Assembly: GCF_009914755.1 (NCBI RefSeq)
Contig: NC_060925.1
Source of the DNA: the human T2T-CHM13v2.0 reference genome, Homo sapiens
Length of the DNA stretch: 64,000 nt
Strand: one strand, 5' to 3'
Shown in pieces: positions 1 through 14,670 of this stretch. The translations under genes were made by a program, and so were the position numbers. The notes below the pieces were generated by a model that did no database searches, was not told where the DNA came from, and worked only from the letters and a program-made list of their open reading frames with translations. Each line of letters starts with the position of its first letter. Position 1 is the stretch's first letter.

Positions 1-544
1 ATGTCACGAAGACCAAAGGGGACCAGATTAGGTCCCTTTTTGCTGTTCTCTCAAATTATCCTACTATTTTCCTTTATAGGTTATTCCTATAATTTGGAGT
101 GATGTGCTTATATGCATTTATTTATTTAAGGTCTGTCTTCCTTAATGTTATAATACACATTACCCTCTGTACCCTCCTGAAGTCCCACTAGAATGATAAT
201 AATGAGACTTTTTGAAGACATAAGTCCAAATTAAAGAAAGCATGACAAAACATTAAAAGTTAGGAAGCAGATGGATGAGTAGCAACTGACCTGGTGCACC
301 CAAGGCAACTGAATCCTGAGCCAGAAGGAGGAAAAGATGAGAAGCAGCTTGATCTACACCATGGAAGTCCCCAGAGACTCAGGAATCCTTGGCACCAATT
401 GCCTCTGAATGTAGAAGGTAGAGCTAAAACCAAGTCAGATTAAGAATAGCTAGTACACGGAAAGCTATACAAATAAAAATATAAATTATGACTATGATTG
501 TTATTGTTAATCCCAGGAAAAAATAAAAGTTGCACAGGGAAAGA

Positions 545-815
545 TAATAATAAAAGCAAAAATTTCTAACACATATTTAGTGCTTACTGGAAGACATGGA
601 TTGTTCTAATTCTTTATATTTATTAATTTTATATTAATTCAGTTATTAACTATAAATTATCACAACTCATTGTTGTAGATACTATGAGTATCTCATTCTA
701 CAGTTGAAGAAATTGAAACAGAGCTAGCTCCTAATAGTGAGTACTGTCTTTGGGATTTGAATCCAGGTTGTTGGACTCTAGAAGCTGTTCTCTTAACTAT
801 TACTCCATGTTACCT
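545..815 (-). mobile_element. MIR SINE (degraded)
   Basis: Reverse-complement MIR core: attctacagttgaagaaattgaaacagag...gggatttgaatccagg...gactctagaagc...ttaactatta. Confidence 0.8.
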
Positions 816-3239
816 CTTAAAATAATCATAGTATGTTATCTATCTTTCACCGTAAGTAACATTTTTATAGTCAAACATAAACACTGCTTATTCATTTAAT
901 TCAAATTTTAAAATGATTCTTTAAAAAGAATAGGGAGAAGAGAGAATAGGTATAGGTATAATGTGGTATACGTGAAAGGAAGCTAAATCTTCTTCATCTA
1001 CCTTGGAAGCCAATAGCTAAGAACACACAAAAATAGAAAGAAAGAAAGAGCAACATAAGTATTATTTTTAGATATTTTTAAATAATGCCCAAAAATACCA
1101 GTTAAAAGAATTGAATGTGGTTCCACAAATAGGATATGACAGGATATGAGGTTTCCTTCAGGGAATGAATTTTACCAAGACTTTTAGAAATATTTCCCTC
1201 TGTAAATTGTGTGCTTGGATAATTTTCATGTTTTAAGCCACTGCTGAAGGTTTTGGTTAGTATCACTAAGTTGGCACTTAAATGCATGGGTATGGGTTAA
1301 CTCTCAGAGTGAGTAGAGAGGAAAGGTCCCTAGGACAGAGTTCTTTGGACCCCTACATGGCCCACAGATTGGAAGCCAAAGGAACAAGAGGAAGCAAAGA
1401 AGAAACAGGAAAAAACCAAAGAGAAAAATCAAAGGGCTCAAAGAAGTTCGATGACCTAGAAAGCAAAGATCAGGAGAGAGCATTGGGAAGGAGGGACCCA
1501 TCAACAGGAACCAAAAGAAGGGAACAACAATGAGCACAGCGACTGAGCCAAAATTGCTCAAAGTTACAAGTGGAAGACCAGAGCATTTCAGCAGTGGGTA
1601 GGGAGCAAAGGCCACGTCGTGGGGAATTACGGAAGGAGCTGTTGGTAAGACATCAGATGGAGTAAGGACAAGTTACAGTTGTCAGTGTAGCAATGAATCC
1701 TAAAGAGGTCGTTCCTCTGGCATAGAACTCTCCACCTCAACAGCTGCCCAGCTGATGCGATTATTTCCTGAAGTATGCTGCCAAGGGAGAAGCTGCCCCT
1801 TTTAAAATAGGGCAGGAATGACAGGAAATCACTGGTAAGAACTTGTTGACAGGAGGAAAATGACATGGTTAGTTTCTGGTGGTGGCAGGGTGCCATTATC
1901 AGCCATGCCAAAGCAAAGAAATCATTATATCTAGAAAATAATATTTCCATGCCCACCACATAAATTCTAGCCAGATGTTGCCCTGAGGAACATGAGCTCC
2001 TTTGGCTTTGATGACAAGTACAGAGGAGCAAAGACCTCCTTTTCACTATTGATGAGCCCCGGTTGTTGGTTGCATGAATCAGGAGACAAGCTTTGGGTAG
2101 GATCACAGCCAGCCTGGTGTTAGACCTGAAGGTAAGTAAGAGGTCACTGTTTAATTTCAAGAAGAGCACCAAGCACATGCTGAAAAAGAGAGAAGCTACC
2201 TGGCAGCATTAAAGTGGAGCCTCTGGAATGCAATTGTGTTCTGGGGGCTGACTGATGAGATGGTGCTCAGTGCTCCAACCAACAAAGTATGTATGTGATG
2301 TGGGGAGCAGTAGATGAAAGTACCCCCACCCCAGCAGTCAGTTACCTACAGGTGGTATCTGCATGTTGTGCCCCTTTGAAATGTTATAGACACATGTCAG
2401 AGTGCTGACTTCTTGAAGTAGAAGTCAGAAGACTGCAAGTTGGCTTCCAGTTGTACATTGCTATGTAAGTTTCAATTATTCATTGAAGCTGCTGTTTTCT
2501 TCCTTTCACTGAGGTACAGTTTGAGAGAATGATCGTTCTTTAAATATATATTTTCTACATGTAGATAAGAGACTATCAAGATTTACCTAAAATTAGCATA
2601 ATTCCTGAGAGCTGCACAGCAAGTGAAAGATAGAGTATTTTGGATGGGTCATGTTTCCCTTCTTCCTATATTTTCATAGCACTCAGAAACAAAGCCAAAA
2701 TATGCAAGCAAACACATGCACACACACACACAACATTTATGTGGGATTGAGACTAGAACTAAATTCACAAATTTAGTTGTAGTCTCTCCCCACTATGTTC
2801 TCACTACTTCAAGAGGGATAGTAGATAAGTGGAAGGGAGGAGGGGGTGGTCTGGGGAAAGAGTTGAACTCCCCAAGATATCCTGGAGTAAAGATCAAGGA
2901 GCACTTGCCCGCTCACCTCTCACACCCTTGTTCTCTTTCCATGCTGCACCAGAAGCAGAGAAAATCAAGGCATATCCATCCGTTCCAGTGCATCCTAGAC
3001 TATAGATGACTTCAAGGGAACACCGCAGCAATGCAAAGAGAGATGCCAGGCTATGGGGTGGTTGCTCTGGGGCCTGTCTCCATCAATGTCCCACTCACCT
3101 GTACTTCTGAGAAATAAAAGCTACTAGTAGGCAAGAAAATATCTATGCTTTGGGAAGTGATGTCTGAGTGATACCAACTCCAGGCTTGAGTTCACTCTAG
3201 ATGAGGCAGAAAGACTCTATGCTTTTAGGATTAAAAGAA

Positions 3240-3472
3240 GCACAGCATAGGAATGAAGCACTTTGGTAGTGGAGCCAGGGTGCTTGGATTAAATTGCAAG
3301 TGTGCACTTACTGGCTGTGTGACTTTAGGCAAGTTATTTAACCTCTCTGTGCCTCTGTTTCTTCAACTTGGAAATGACGTGAATGATCATATTTACCTCA
3401 TAGGGTTCTTTTGTCAAAATTAAATGAGCTAATTAATTTAACTCAAGCCCTATAAATGTTAGCTATTATTAT
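3240..3472 (+). mobile_element. MIR SINE
   Basis: cttactggctgtgtgactttaggcaagttatttaacctctctgtgcctctgtttc...acctcatagggtt...aaatgttagctattatt matches the MIR consensus. Confidence 0.9.
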
Positions 3473-3494
3473 GTATGCTAATGAAGTTTCTGAA

Positions 3495-3524
3495 CTTTAT
3501 TATGCTCCTTTATTATGCTCCTTT
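3495..3524. repeat. 13-bp tandem duplication (ctttattatgctc)x2
   Basis: Exact adjacent direct repeat read from the sequence. Confidence 0.9.
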
Positions 3525-3601
3525 GGGGCAGCGTTGTTTACAACATGGTCAGAAGAACACTGAAGCAAAATCATTCAGGAACTCTTAAAAATCCAAGGCA
3601 A

Positions 3602-4004
3602 TTGCTCAATAGAGCACTGAACATATCAAAAAATGAATTATTAAAAATACAAGGAAAGCTGACTTTATAGTAAATGTATTAAAATTACTAGAAAAAATAT
3701 AACAATATATTCTTCAAATGACTTGGGTTAAAAAGTAAATAAAAGTTTCCATCTTGATTAAAGCTTTACTAAGAGATCTACAATGTAAAATAGGGCCTGT
3801 GTTATATATCAGGAGTGATTTTTCGTCTATTTTTAAAATCTGTCTAAAAGTGACTTTTAACATCTTAACATTCTGTGTATGTTAAAATGGTAACAGGGAC
3901 CCTAAGAATCTGAAAGAAATCTGCCATTGAAGAAATGGTAAATAAATCTGAAAATTATTCACTTTAATAAATTGTTCCTAAGTCAAAAAAAAAAAAAAAA
4001 AAAA
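3602..4004 (+). pseudogene. L1-retroposed unique sequence (5'-truncated processed 3'UTR or orphan 3' transduction) with poly(A) tail
   Basis: Perfect 15-bp TSD aaaaatccaaggcaa at 3587-3601 and 4000-4014, TT/AAAA endonuclease site at the left, AATAAA at 3966-3971, pure A run 3985-4004; body not recognisable as Alu, L1 or SVA. Confidence 0.85.
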
Positions 4005-4279
4005 TCCAAGGCAAATACATTTCAGACAAGTGTCTATCAGGGATAATTCTTTCATTCATTATGTTGTGAGAACCAGGATCCCCTTTGGAGTCACACATAA
4101 GGCTTCAGGCAGAGGAACTGGGAAAATCAGAGGAAGTGATAAAAGCAGTAGATGTGCAACAATACATTCTTGAAATTTCAAATTTGAAACTTATTTTAAG
4201 TAAATTAGAATACTAACCACTAAAAATAATGTCATAGAGTATATTTTTAATATGGTATGTATATGCAAGAAAAAATGCA

Positions 4280-4505
4280 TATTTACATTGTAAAAGTATA
4301 TAGATACATACACACATACAACACACATACAATCTCATTTTGTAAAAAAGTAAGCCTTTGTATATATGTACAGAGAAAATTCCTTGAAGAATAAAACTCA
4401 TAATGTTAGTGGTAGTTATCACTAGGCAGTGGGAATTGTGTAACTTGAGGGGCTGGGGTTCTGGTTTTCCTAAATGAATACATATTTTATGTGTAATTTT
4501 TAAAA
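4280..4505 (+). mobile_element. Ancient L1ME-type 3' fragment
   Basis: aatctcattttgtaaaa...atgttagtggtagttatcactaggcagtggg resembles L1ME 3' UTR. Confidence 0.5.
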
Positions 4506-7039
4506 AGCACCATAACTTCCTTTTCCTTAAGGCAAATAGCTAAAACCGAACTGGAATTCTAATTCAGTGACCTGAAGCCCTGAGAACAGAAGGGTTTGAC
4601 CTCCGGGTGGGAGGCGATGACACAGCCCAGAGCTCTTTGCAGGGTGCCAGACCTTGGTCTGGGGGAACATCTCACAGTCAGGCCACCAGGGGAGAGCAGG
4701 AACTGAGGCTAAGTCTTCCCTAACCCAGGCAGCATTCGGTTAGGAAATCACAGACCCAGCTGTGAGAACCTGGAAGCACAGAGAAGAGGAAATGAAGCCG
4801 AAGCAGGTGGCTCTCACAAGAGATCTGGCCAGGGCCAGAACCAGAGGGTGCCCTGTCACTGCCAGAGTCCTGATCAGATGCTGCTCTCCTCTCCTCAGGG
4901 CTTGGAAGTTTCTAGAAAGCAGAGGTTAGCTCAGGGCCCCCACAATTCAAGTGGAGACTCAGGGTCCCGTATTATAGCAAAGATTCCTAAAGCATGTGTT
5001 AACTACCCTAAAGAGAGCCCAAATCGTTCCCAAACCTGAGATCCTTCCATTTTTCATATTCTATTTGTGAAATCATGACCTGCTGTCTCACAACTGTGAA
5101 ATTTTATTTTCCTACTTTGTGCTTCTAAAGTTGATATAATTGAAGGAGTTGTCTCAGACCCAGTGTTTGGAATGTGTGTTCCATATTCTGTCCCCCAGAC
5201 TACACTATCATCCTGTGCCATGCAGTTGTTTGGTAAATGTCATTATGAATAAATAATGATATATGGGATGCTACTCTTTTACATAAAATTATATATATAA
5301 TGCAGCTGATACTGGGGATGGAAAAACTTTTCACTGGTCCTATATCATAGCCTGTAAACCATGAGCATTGAATTAACCCAATAAAAGTGACAATTCTGAC
5401 CCTGGGCTATACCCATTACTCTAAGGTTACAGTTTGCAAGCCAACTCAAATTGTCCTCAATGTAGTACTTTACTGAAATACTTATCATCTGGAAACCGTA
5501 TGTAGTGCATATTCTTAATAAATAATAACACATTTTATTTTGGTTTACTGAAAATTAACAGGGCATTTGGGAAATTGCTGTTACTGTGGGAGACTGTTTC
5601 ACATTTGCCTTGGCAGTATAATAGCTATCTAAGTGGAAAACAGGAGAGCCAATGGCTGTTGAGTGTGGGGTTTGTTTTTGTTTTTTTTTCCTCTGTTATT
5701 GGTATTCAGAGAAAGTCATGCAGCTGGTAACATTAATGACATCCCATATACTCAAAGAGATGAGAGAAGTCAAACAAAGTTGTAATGGGCATAACCATAT
5801 GAAATTGTCATTCTGAGTTGATTAGTTTTGCATTTGGACACAGTAAATCTACTTCTTTGCACCTATATTCCAATCTATAGTCCAAATAGTCTGCAAAGTT
5901 TCAAGGCTTTTTAATAATTGCCTAAGACAGCTTTGTGAACATGCTGATCCAGAAGGCAAAAAGCAGAGAGCTTTGAGGGACCATTCCTATGGCAAGAGCC
6001 ACTCTTGAGTTATGATTGTGTACTTTTCTCTGATAATCCTGATTTGTCACCATCCCACGTTTTAGAAGCATCTCCTATAAAGTTCTCCCACCTCCTAATG
6101 TAACAGTTAGGAGATCAGCCTCAAATAGACTGGTTTTTATTGGAGAAAAATACAGTAGTACAATTGGAGAGAGAAGGATAATGATGGATTCCAGGGAGGA
6201 CGAGAGGGCTGAGACAGAAGACAGAAAAATGCAGACCTTTTTAGTGGTTTCCTTTAGTGCATTTTCTTCTCTTCCATGCAGGTCCTGCGGTGTAATCAGT
6301 GGGAGGTAACAAGGGCCATATTCCAAGCAAGCAATGCTTTCACTGGCTCTCAGGCCTGCTTCAGCTCTGCCAACCCTCTCGTCCCTTGCCCACCTCGTTT
6401 GCCAGCCCCCCTTTCTATGCCGAAATGCTACAAATGGTTTCATTTTCATAGTAACAGAAAAACATTCCAAACAAGTTTCCCTGTGTTTTTGTTGACCTTT
6501 GTTTTTCGTTTTAGTTTTAAATATACATTCTCATTCATTCCTTCCTATCAACTCCGTGGGTGTTTCGAGGTTTAAAACTGATATACTGAGAAGCCATAGA
6601 ATTATTCTTATCTAATGATGCATTTTATATTTCCTGGATTTAGGAGAATTTGCTTTTTCTTATTTAATCCCTCTTTTTCCACATGGCTGATTCCTAAACA
6701 TTAATGGTTCTACTCAAGCACACAACTTGGAAACCAGTGTGGCCCTTACTTTCTCTCATCTCCCTCACCTCCCTGCCACCCCACTATCATGCCTCCAAAC
6801 TGACCCTCACATTTGTCACCCACAGTGATTGCCCTGGTCCTTATTCTTTTCCTCCTGGGCCATTATTCCCTCCTAAACAATCTGTCTGCCTTTAGTCTCC
6901 CTGCTTCAATGCACCCAACTATGCCACCAAAATAATCTTTCTAAAGTTCAAAAGAAAATCATATCCCAAGCCTACCTATGATCAATAAGTATATTTCCAT
7001 TTTCGGCAGGGTTAGGTTCATACTTGTAAAGCAGGCAAG

Positions 7040-7245
7040 CAAGGCAGCTAAAGCAAGGGCTCCAGAGCCTACCTGTCTGAATTCAAATACCAGCTGGGCC
7101 AATTATAAGCAGAGTGACTTGGGGCTGCACCTTAGTTTCTCCATCTGTAAAATGGGTTACTTACATTGTAGGCTTATTAGAAGGATTGAGTTAATACTGG
7201 TAAATGGCATAGAACAGTGACTTATACATGGTGAGCATTATATGC
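7040..7245 (+). mobile_element. MIR SINE
   Basis: ccttagtttctccatctgtaaaatggg...aggattgagttaatac...agaacagtgac MIR core. Confidence 0.85.
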
Positions 7246-7679
7246 CTTTTCCTATGTAAATAAAATAACTCCTCCATGTATGGTATTCAGCCCCCTCTCT
7301 GCCTACTCTTCTACTTTTCTGCCTCAACTTCCATCACTTCTGACCACACTTCTCACTCCCTTCACCACATCCAGCCATCCACCACATATTTTTGCATATT
7401 ATGTTCCTTCCACCCCAAATATCCTTATTATTTTTCCACCTTGGAATATTCTACACAACCGGTTATTTATCACACATGTCTTTACAGTAATGTATATCCC
7501 ATTATTATATAATTTACTGCCCCCACTAAGCTTAAGAACTTTGAGTTTCAAGAACTACCTTGTGCTCATGTCTACTAACTATATCTAGACTAGTGTGCAA
7601 GCATTTATTAAGTATTCAAGAACTGATTGATGTTGGAAAGAAAGAAGGAAAGGAGGGAGGCACAGAAATAAAATAAGAG

Positions 7680-7815
7680 TTGCTAACAATTTTCTCTGTG
7701 CCAGACAAGGTACTAAATTATTTACGTGGCTTAATTCAATTCTAACTACAGCCCTATGAGGTTGATAGCATTATTATCCCCATTTTACCGATAAGAAAAA
7801 AAAATGCACAGAGTT
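7680..7815 (-). mobile_element. MIR SINE fragment
   Basis: tgtgccagacaagg...acagccctatgagg...attattatccccattttaccgataagaaaa. Confidence 0.8.
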
Positions 7816-7959
7816 GATATTGGTGACTCTTCAAATATCAACCTGACCCTAGCATCTGTGTATATAGACATCTCACAAAGCTGTCTCCCACTGGTCCCAA
7901 ACATAGCACTCGATCTCCTTCTCTCCAACCAGCAGCCAACACAGACTCCAGGAGAGCCA

Positions 7960-8110
7960 GGGAGACAGAGTGGGAAAAATGCAGGCTGCCATGCCTGGGT
8001 TTGAATCCCAACTCTAAGTCCCTCTAACAGACTTCCCTTAAGCAAGTTACTTAACATCTCTGATGCTGTTTCCTTAACTGTAAAATATGCATAATGGTGC
8101 TCGCCTCCCA
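7960..8110 (+). mobile_element. MIR SINE fragment
   Basis: gcctgggtttgaatccca...gcaagttacttaacatctctg...tttccttaactgtaaaat. Confidence 0.8.
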
Positions 8111-10829
8111 CCAACTAGAATTATCTGAGGACACAGGTAAATAAAAGATGTAGAGCTATAGTTGCAGGACCATAGAAAATGAGGCAGTTATGATTTAGAC
8201 TAGCTTGGGAAAGAAAGTTAATTCGTTATAATTTCCATTCTTGGTGGTTTTAAAGCACAGCCTTAATACTCTTTTGTAATACACCAGTTTGGTTTGGCTA
8301 AGTAAGACACTTCAAAGAATATGTTTTACACATGTTTGAAACAAAGGCATTAAGGAATGTGGCAGGGAGATAGGAATCTCCTGAAAGTGTAAGGAGCAAA
8401 GAAAATCTAATTCACCATTAAAGAAAGCACATAACACTTCCATTCATATCGCACAAATAAAATAAAACTCCTTCCAGAATCCAGGCACCAATGACATAGT
8501 GGTCCGGAATTTCATCTTAGGATTTGAGAAACAGGGACTTGAACAAGCTGAACAATTCTTTGACATGCATAGGTGTAGAAAACCTAAAGGAAACCTTGAA
8601 ATCCAGAGGAAGAGTTGGAAGAGGTTCATGTCAATCTTAATTTAAGAAACCTAACCACATTTGTAACTGAAGAAGCCATGAACACATAAAATATGAAATT
8701 TTCTAAAATGGAACTTTGTTTGACGGGATTTAACCTTGTCTATTTTTCTTGTGGTCTTCTGACATTTTTGCAGTACATGATCAAAGACCACCCCAAGACT
8801 TTTTCTCCCCAAATTTAGAAACGATTATAAGAAGCAACTAATTTATGGCTGTAAAGACCAAGTACATGTTTCATATGGCATAATTAAAACTAGGTCAATG
8901 AGAGAAAAGAATGAGAGGCAGAGAGGTTGTCTAAATATTACACTGAAAAATGACAATCTACCTTCAAATAATTCTTCTACCATTTCTCTAGCCATGTCCT
9001 CCATTTTTGCATTTAAAGAATATTCAGTTTCCAAGATACCAGGTTTTCCAGCCATCTCCTAGGTTAGTGTGCCAAATGCTACAGATGGAGCTAAATAGAT
9101 CTGTGGTAATTTACTATTCTCTACAGTCAAAGGGCAAATGTATCTCCTGCCTTTACTGTAGCCCTCTGGAGCATGCTCTGCACTTACTCTCTGGCCTGAG
9201 TTCCCACTGATAACCAGGCAGGGCTCACTGGTAGGGTGCATATGCAGAAAACTCCAGGCTACAGATCAGAGAGGAGAATTCAGTCCAGGCCCAGCTGGGC
9301 ATTCCAAATTGAGGGGGGAAAAAAGCAAAAATCATATCAACAACTGGGAGAAATGCCCTGATTCTGCAAGTTCAGGGTTTTCAAATCTTCTAGGAATTAC
9401 ATCCATATCTCTGATGTGCTCTGTGGTGGATGAGGCAAGGCAAAGTAGCAACTAAGGGAATAGGGGCCACAAGAAAAAGAAAAATAACTGAAGGAAATCA
9501 TACAAACGTCTGATTCTGTTCCAGAAAGTCACTCTTGTGAAGCTCACGGGGCATTAAGAAGAATGGTTTGTGTGCTTCGTTTGAGTTGGCTCAGCTGCAT
9601 GGGGGAAAGAGGAACTAATTGCATAAACTCTACCAAGTGTCTGGTAGCCTGACATGTTTTTCCCCTTGTCCTTCCCACACTCACCCCTTCCTACAGCCAC
9701 AGTTTCAACCCCCACATCCTCTAATCTCCTTTTAGCTCCTTTCTGGAATGGAGAGTGACATTCATGCTGAATGTGTGACTACCTGGCAACAACATCCAAG
9801 CTTCGCTATAATTGATCATCTTCCAGTCAACACTTTGGGCCTTGGGCAAAGCTTGCCTGAGATGTGGCCCTGAATCCTGTCAGAGCAGTGTCACTGCTAA
9901 CACCTAGGATAGACGCACCACCAGCAGACCGAATTCTCCAGCAGGCCATTTATCAGTTCCAACCATTTCTATAGCTGACAAGCAAAGAAAGACGTTTCTA
10001 AGTGACTGATTCAGTTATGCATGTCTTTCAACACTTTCTGTTTTGAATGGTCTGTTTTAGTAGGGTTTGTGGCACTTGATGGCCCTAAAACCACAAATGC
10101 CTGAAGTACTTTTCTTTGAAATAATTTAGGCATTTTCTCCCTAGCAAGCTGCAGAAAGTGCAATTACAAAACATGCCTAAGGGATAGATCTTCCTAGGCA
10201 TATAAAAATAACAATTTCTCCACAAAAAATCATCTTTCCCACACACTCCATCCAGCCTTGGGAAACAGTGCTTCAGGCTGTTGTGATAGGAGGGTCTGAG
10301 GGACCTTATTCTTCCCAACTTGCTTACCCACCCTGAGAGTCCCCTCATAATACTTCAATTTGCTTCCTTTCCCCCATTTAGAATCCTTCCTGAGCTCTTA
10401 GGATCAAGATGATCCTCAGGATGCGGCTTCAGGAATCCGTGTGATGTGGACTAGGCCTGTCTCTCTCCATTGCCAGTAAGCTCTCCACATGGCTTTATTC
10501 CAGGGTCTTAAACTAACCAAGCCTGTCCTGCCACGGAGCCTTCTCACAGGTCATCACCATGCCTGGGCTGAACTTCCCTCCTCCCAACCCCTACCATCTT
10601 TGAACTTACCTTGGAGATCAAATAATCACTTTTAGCAGGCCTTTCCTGACTCCAAAATAAAGCAGACTCCTCCCTGAATTCTCCACAGGTAACTCTCTTT
10701 CTGCTCCAGTAGCTTTTGTCACACTTTACCTTCTTCCTCCAGAAAGAGACCCCTGAGTACAGGAACTGTGTCTGTTGCATTCGGTGCTGTACTTAGCACT
10801 TAGCTCAGTGCATGGCACCAAATAGGCCC

Positions 10830-11541
<712 letters not shown>

Positions 11542-13464
11542 GGCCCAGGATACATTATCAGTTGAGTAAATGGCTAAACGAATGAATGGTTTCTCATTCC
11601 GAGTTTTTTTCTTACTAAGGAGATTATTGGCTCGTTACGGCAGAAACCCTGTCTTTCTTCCCCCCAACACCCTCACAGAACCTGTCACATAGTGCATATT
11701 TAATACATATTTGCTGGATTGAGTTTGGGTTCAAACTTTAAGGCAAAGCTGCCCTGTGAGAATACAAGTATGTGCGAGTCCGTGTGTATATTTGTGTTTG
11801 TGGGTATTTTCATTACAAATAAAATGTAACTTAATGACTTCCTTATGATCATACAGGAAACTAATTCTAAACTTCTAGGCAGACAGCAAGTAAGCTCCAG
11901 CTTAAAGACCAGTTAAAGAACAGAAGCAAATGAGCTGCTTGCAAATTCTGGGCTGCTTAATTCCTTTCCCCCTTATAGTGACAGTGCTTTCTCTGTGAAG
12001 TAATTTTCTTTTGATAAAAGGAGATCAGGTCCCCTGACCCAAGAAAGAAATGAATTAGTGATTTCTCTGCCTGAGAGTTGACAAACAGCCCTTACATCTC
12101 TATTCCCTGGTCTCCAGCAGTGAAACAAATAGACTCTGAAAATAATCTTCTTCTTTTTTTTTTTTCTTTTTTTTAAGAGGTTGGGGAATGAGAAAATTCC
12201 TGTTGAGTTAGACTTCTGGAAAAGTCTTCAATTTGTTTTTCTTCATCAGGACATCAGTGCCCTGTTGTCCACACACACCTCATATGCAGAAGCTCAAATG
12301 TCATTTCCCCAGCCAGCAGTGCCAGACTGGCAGCAAAGTGAGTGCCTCGTCTCCAGAGGCCCACTCACTAGGCACCTTTCCTCTGCCACCTATGGTTGTC
12401 ATCCACACTCAGTGCTCTCCAGGCCTCTGAGAGCTCTGCTCAGATTTGCTGCTTCCAACTCTAAACTGGCAGGTAGCTAGGCATCTTGAGAGGATATTTC
12501 CCTTTACTTAATCTGAATGTGCTTCTTTCTACCTTTACAGAAGAAGAAAGCAAGTGAAGGTTCTACCTTCTCCCTACCTCATCCCCTTCTTCAATGGGTC
12601 CTTTTCATAAGATTATGTTTCATGGATGGCATTAAGCAAGACTTCTAATCTGGTTGCTGCCAGTCTCAGAACTTTTAGATTCTTTCTGGTGAGTGCTTGT
12701 GTAGATTGACTCTTGCTTAGCTTGTTACTGATTTTTCTCAAGAAAATGTGCATCAAAGAATAGGAATTAGCATACACTTGTAGAATATCTGGCAGAATAA
12801 ATTAATAATATAAGTTGTAATAATAACAATAATAAATAAATAAAAGGTCATGTAATGTGACCATTTTAATACAATAAAATACTTTCTAAGACTGTTTATG
12901 AAAAACACTGGGATCTACACAAATTTACAAAAGCATTCCACACACCACAAACCCCTGAAATATTACCCTTGACAAAAAAACCTGGAGCACAAATCGAAAG
13001 CTTATTATGTCACACTTCATGTCTCCGGATCTTACCTCTGATTCCCACTGTAGCTGCGGCAATCTGTGAGAATTCCTGTGACAAAGTGTCATCTCAAGTG
13101 CCTGCTGAGCGCCTGTAGCTTTATGCCATGGAATTTCCCATCTCTAAGAATGTTCCAGTGTCACTGTATAGAACACTGGTATTGTCCAGGTGTCTACTTG
13201 CCACATACCCATGTGCCACCCAAAAGAATAAGGCACTTAACATCCCCATCAGGTGACCTTTAATGGGGAATGGAAACCAGTGAGGAAGTGATTTCCCCTA
13301 TCAATGGTTAGGTGGATAATTCTAAGAGACATTCTATTTGCTCCTCCAAAGGATCTAGCAGAATCAAACCCATGGTGCCCATGGACATAACCAACTGATA
13401 CTATTCCCTCATATTGGCTTCCTCCTTCCCTCTTTCTCTCTCTCTTGCACCTCACTCCTGCTCC

Positions 13465-13657
13465 TGGACCAGGTTCTACTACTTACCAGGCAGGCATGTG
13501 ACTTTGGTCAAGCTACTTAACTTCTGTATTCCTCAGTTGCATGATGGGTAAAATAAGGATAATACCAGCACCTACTCCATGGGATTTAATGAGTCGACAC
13601 CTGCAAAGCCTTTATAAGTGTCAAGTACAATAATAAGAGCTCAACAAATATTAGCTA
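13465..13657 (+). mobile_element. MIR SINE
   Basis: tgtgactttggtcaagctacttaacttctgtattcctcagtt...gctcaacaaatattagcta. Confidence 0.85.
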
Positions 13658-14173
13658 AAAGGAGAGGACATCCAAGTGAAAGCAAGGAACTATGAGGAAC
13701 CACAGCAAGTAGGAACCTGTCATGTCAGTTACTTCCTGTGGATATAACCTAGGGTCTTGGTGGAAAACGGGGGACATGTGGCGGGCAATACAGCCAGGAG
13801 TTCATCAGGAACAGATCACAGAGGCTGTTGTAGGCTCTTATGCTAAGAAACTCACCCTTTCTCCTAAAGGCAATATAAAAGTGTTGACAATTTTGAGCAG
13901 GAAAGTGGTGTGATCAGATTTCTGGTTTCAAAAGATCATTCTGGAGGGTGTAAGGTGATGACTAGGGAGAAGTGAAATATATCATGATGATAAAATAGAG
14001 CCAAATTATATCCACGCACTAGGCGATGCAGCCGGGCCGGAAGGTTCAGTCCGTTTTCACCAGCTCTGCTCCTCCCAGTTGGTAGATTACCCTAAAGGAA
14101 AAAGTTGATGACGTTTTTGGGTTTTTTTTTCTCCAGTGCCATTTTTAAATGATGAAATTATGGCCTTGAGATA

Positions 14174-14670
14174 TGTAGTAGTATTCCCTTAATACTGTGA
14201 CAAATTACTACAAAGTCAGTGGCTTAAAACCACACCTATTTATTATTGTCTTGAAGTTTTGGAAGTCAGAGGTCTGAAATGGGTTTCACGGGGCTAAAAT
14301 CACGGTGTTGGCAAGGCTTGCTCCTCCTGGAGACTCGACAGGAGATTCCACTCTTTGCCTTTTCCGGCCTCTCTAGGCCACTCCCACTCCATGGCTTGTG
14401 GCTCCTTCCGGCACCTACCAAGCCAGTAGCCTGACATCTTCAGACCTCTCTTTGACTCTTATTCTGACACCCACTCTCCTGCCTCCCTCTTCACTTCTAA
14501 GGACCCTTGTGAGCACACCTGGATAACCCGGGATGATCTCCCCATCTCAAGAGTCTTGACTTACTCACATCTGCAATGTCCCTTTAGCCATGTAAGGTAA
14601 CCGTATTTACCAGATTCCAGGAATTAGGATGTAGACATTTGGAGAGGGTGACGTTGTTCTGCCTACCACA
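14174..14670 (-). mobile_element. MaLR solo LTR (MLT1C/D type)
   Basis: gtggcttaaaaccacac...gggctaaaatcacggtgttggcaagg...ttctgcctaccaca terminus. Confidence 0.9.

Noticed and set aside
1627-2178. 183-aa minus-strand ORF in unique sequence
   Set aside because: No recognisable homology, domain or splice context; compatible with chance
4681-4698. CTCF-like motif ggccaccaggggagag
   Set aside because: Lacks the GGC of the core consensus, and a single motif cannot be supported from sequence alone
14020-14115. Small CpG cluster with ETS (ccggaag) and CRE half-site motifs
   Set aside because: Too short for a CpG island and no other promoter evidence
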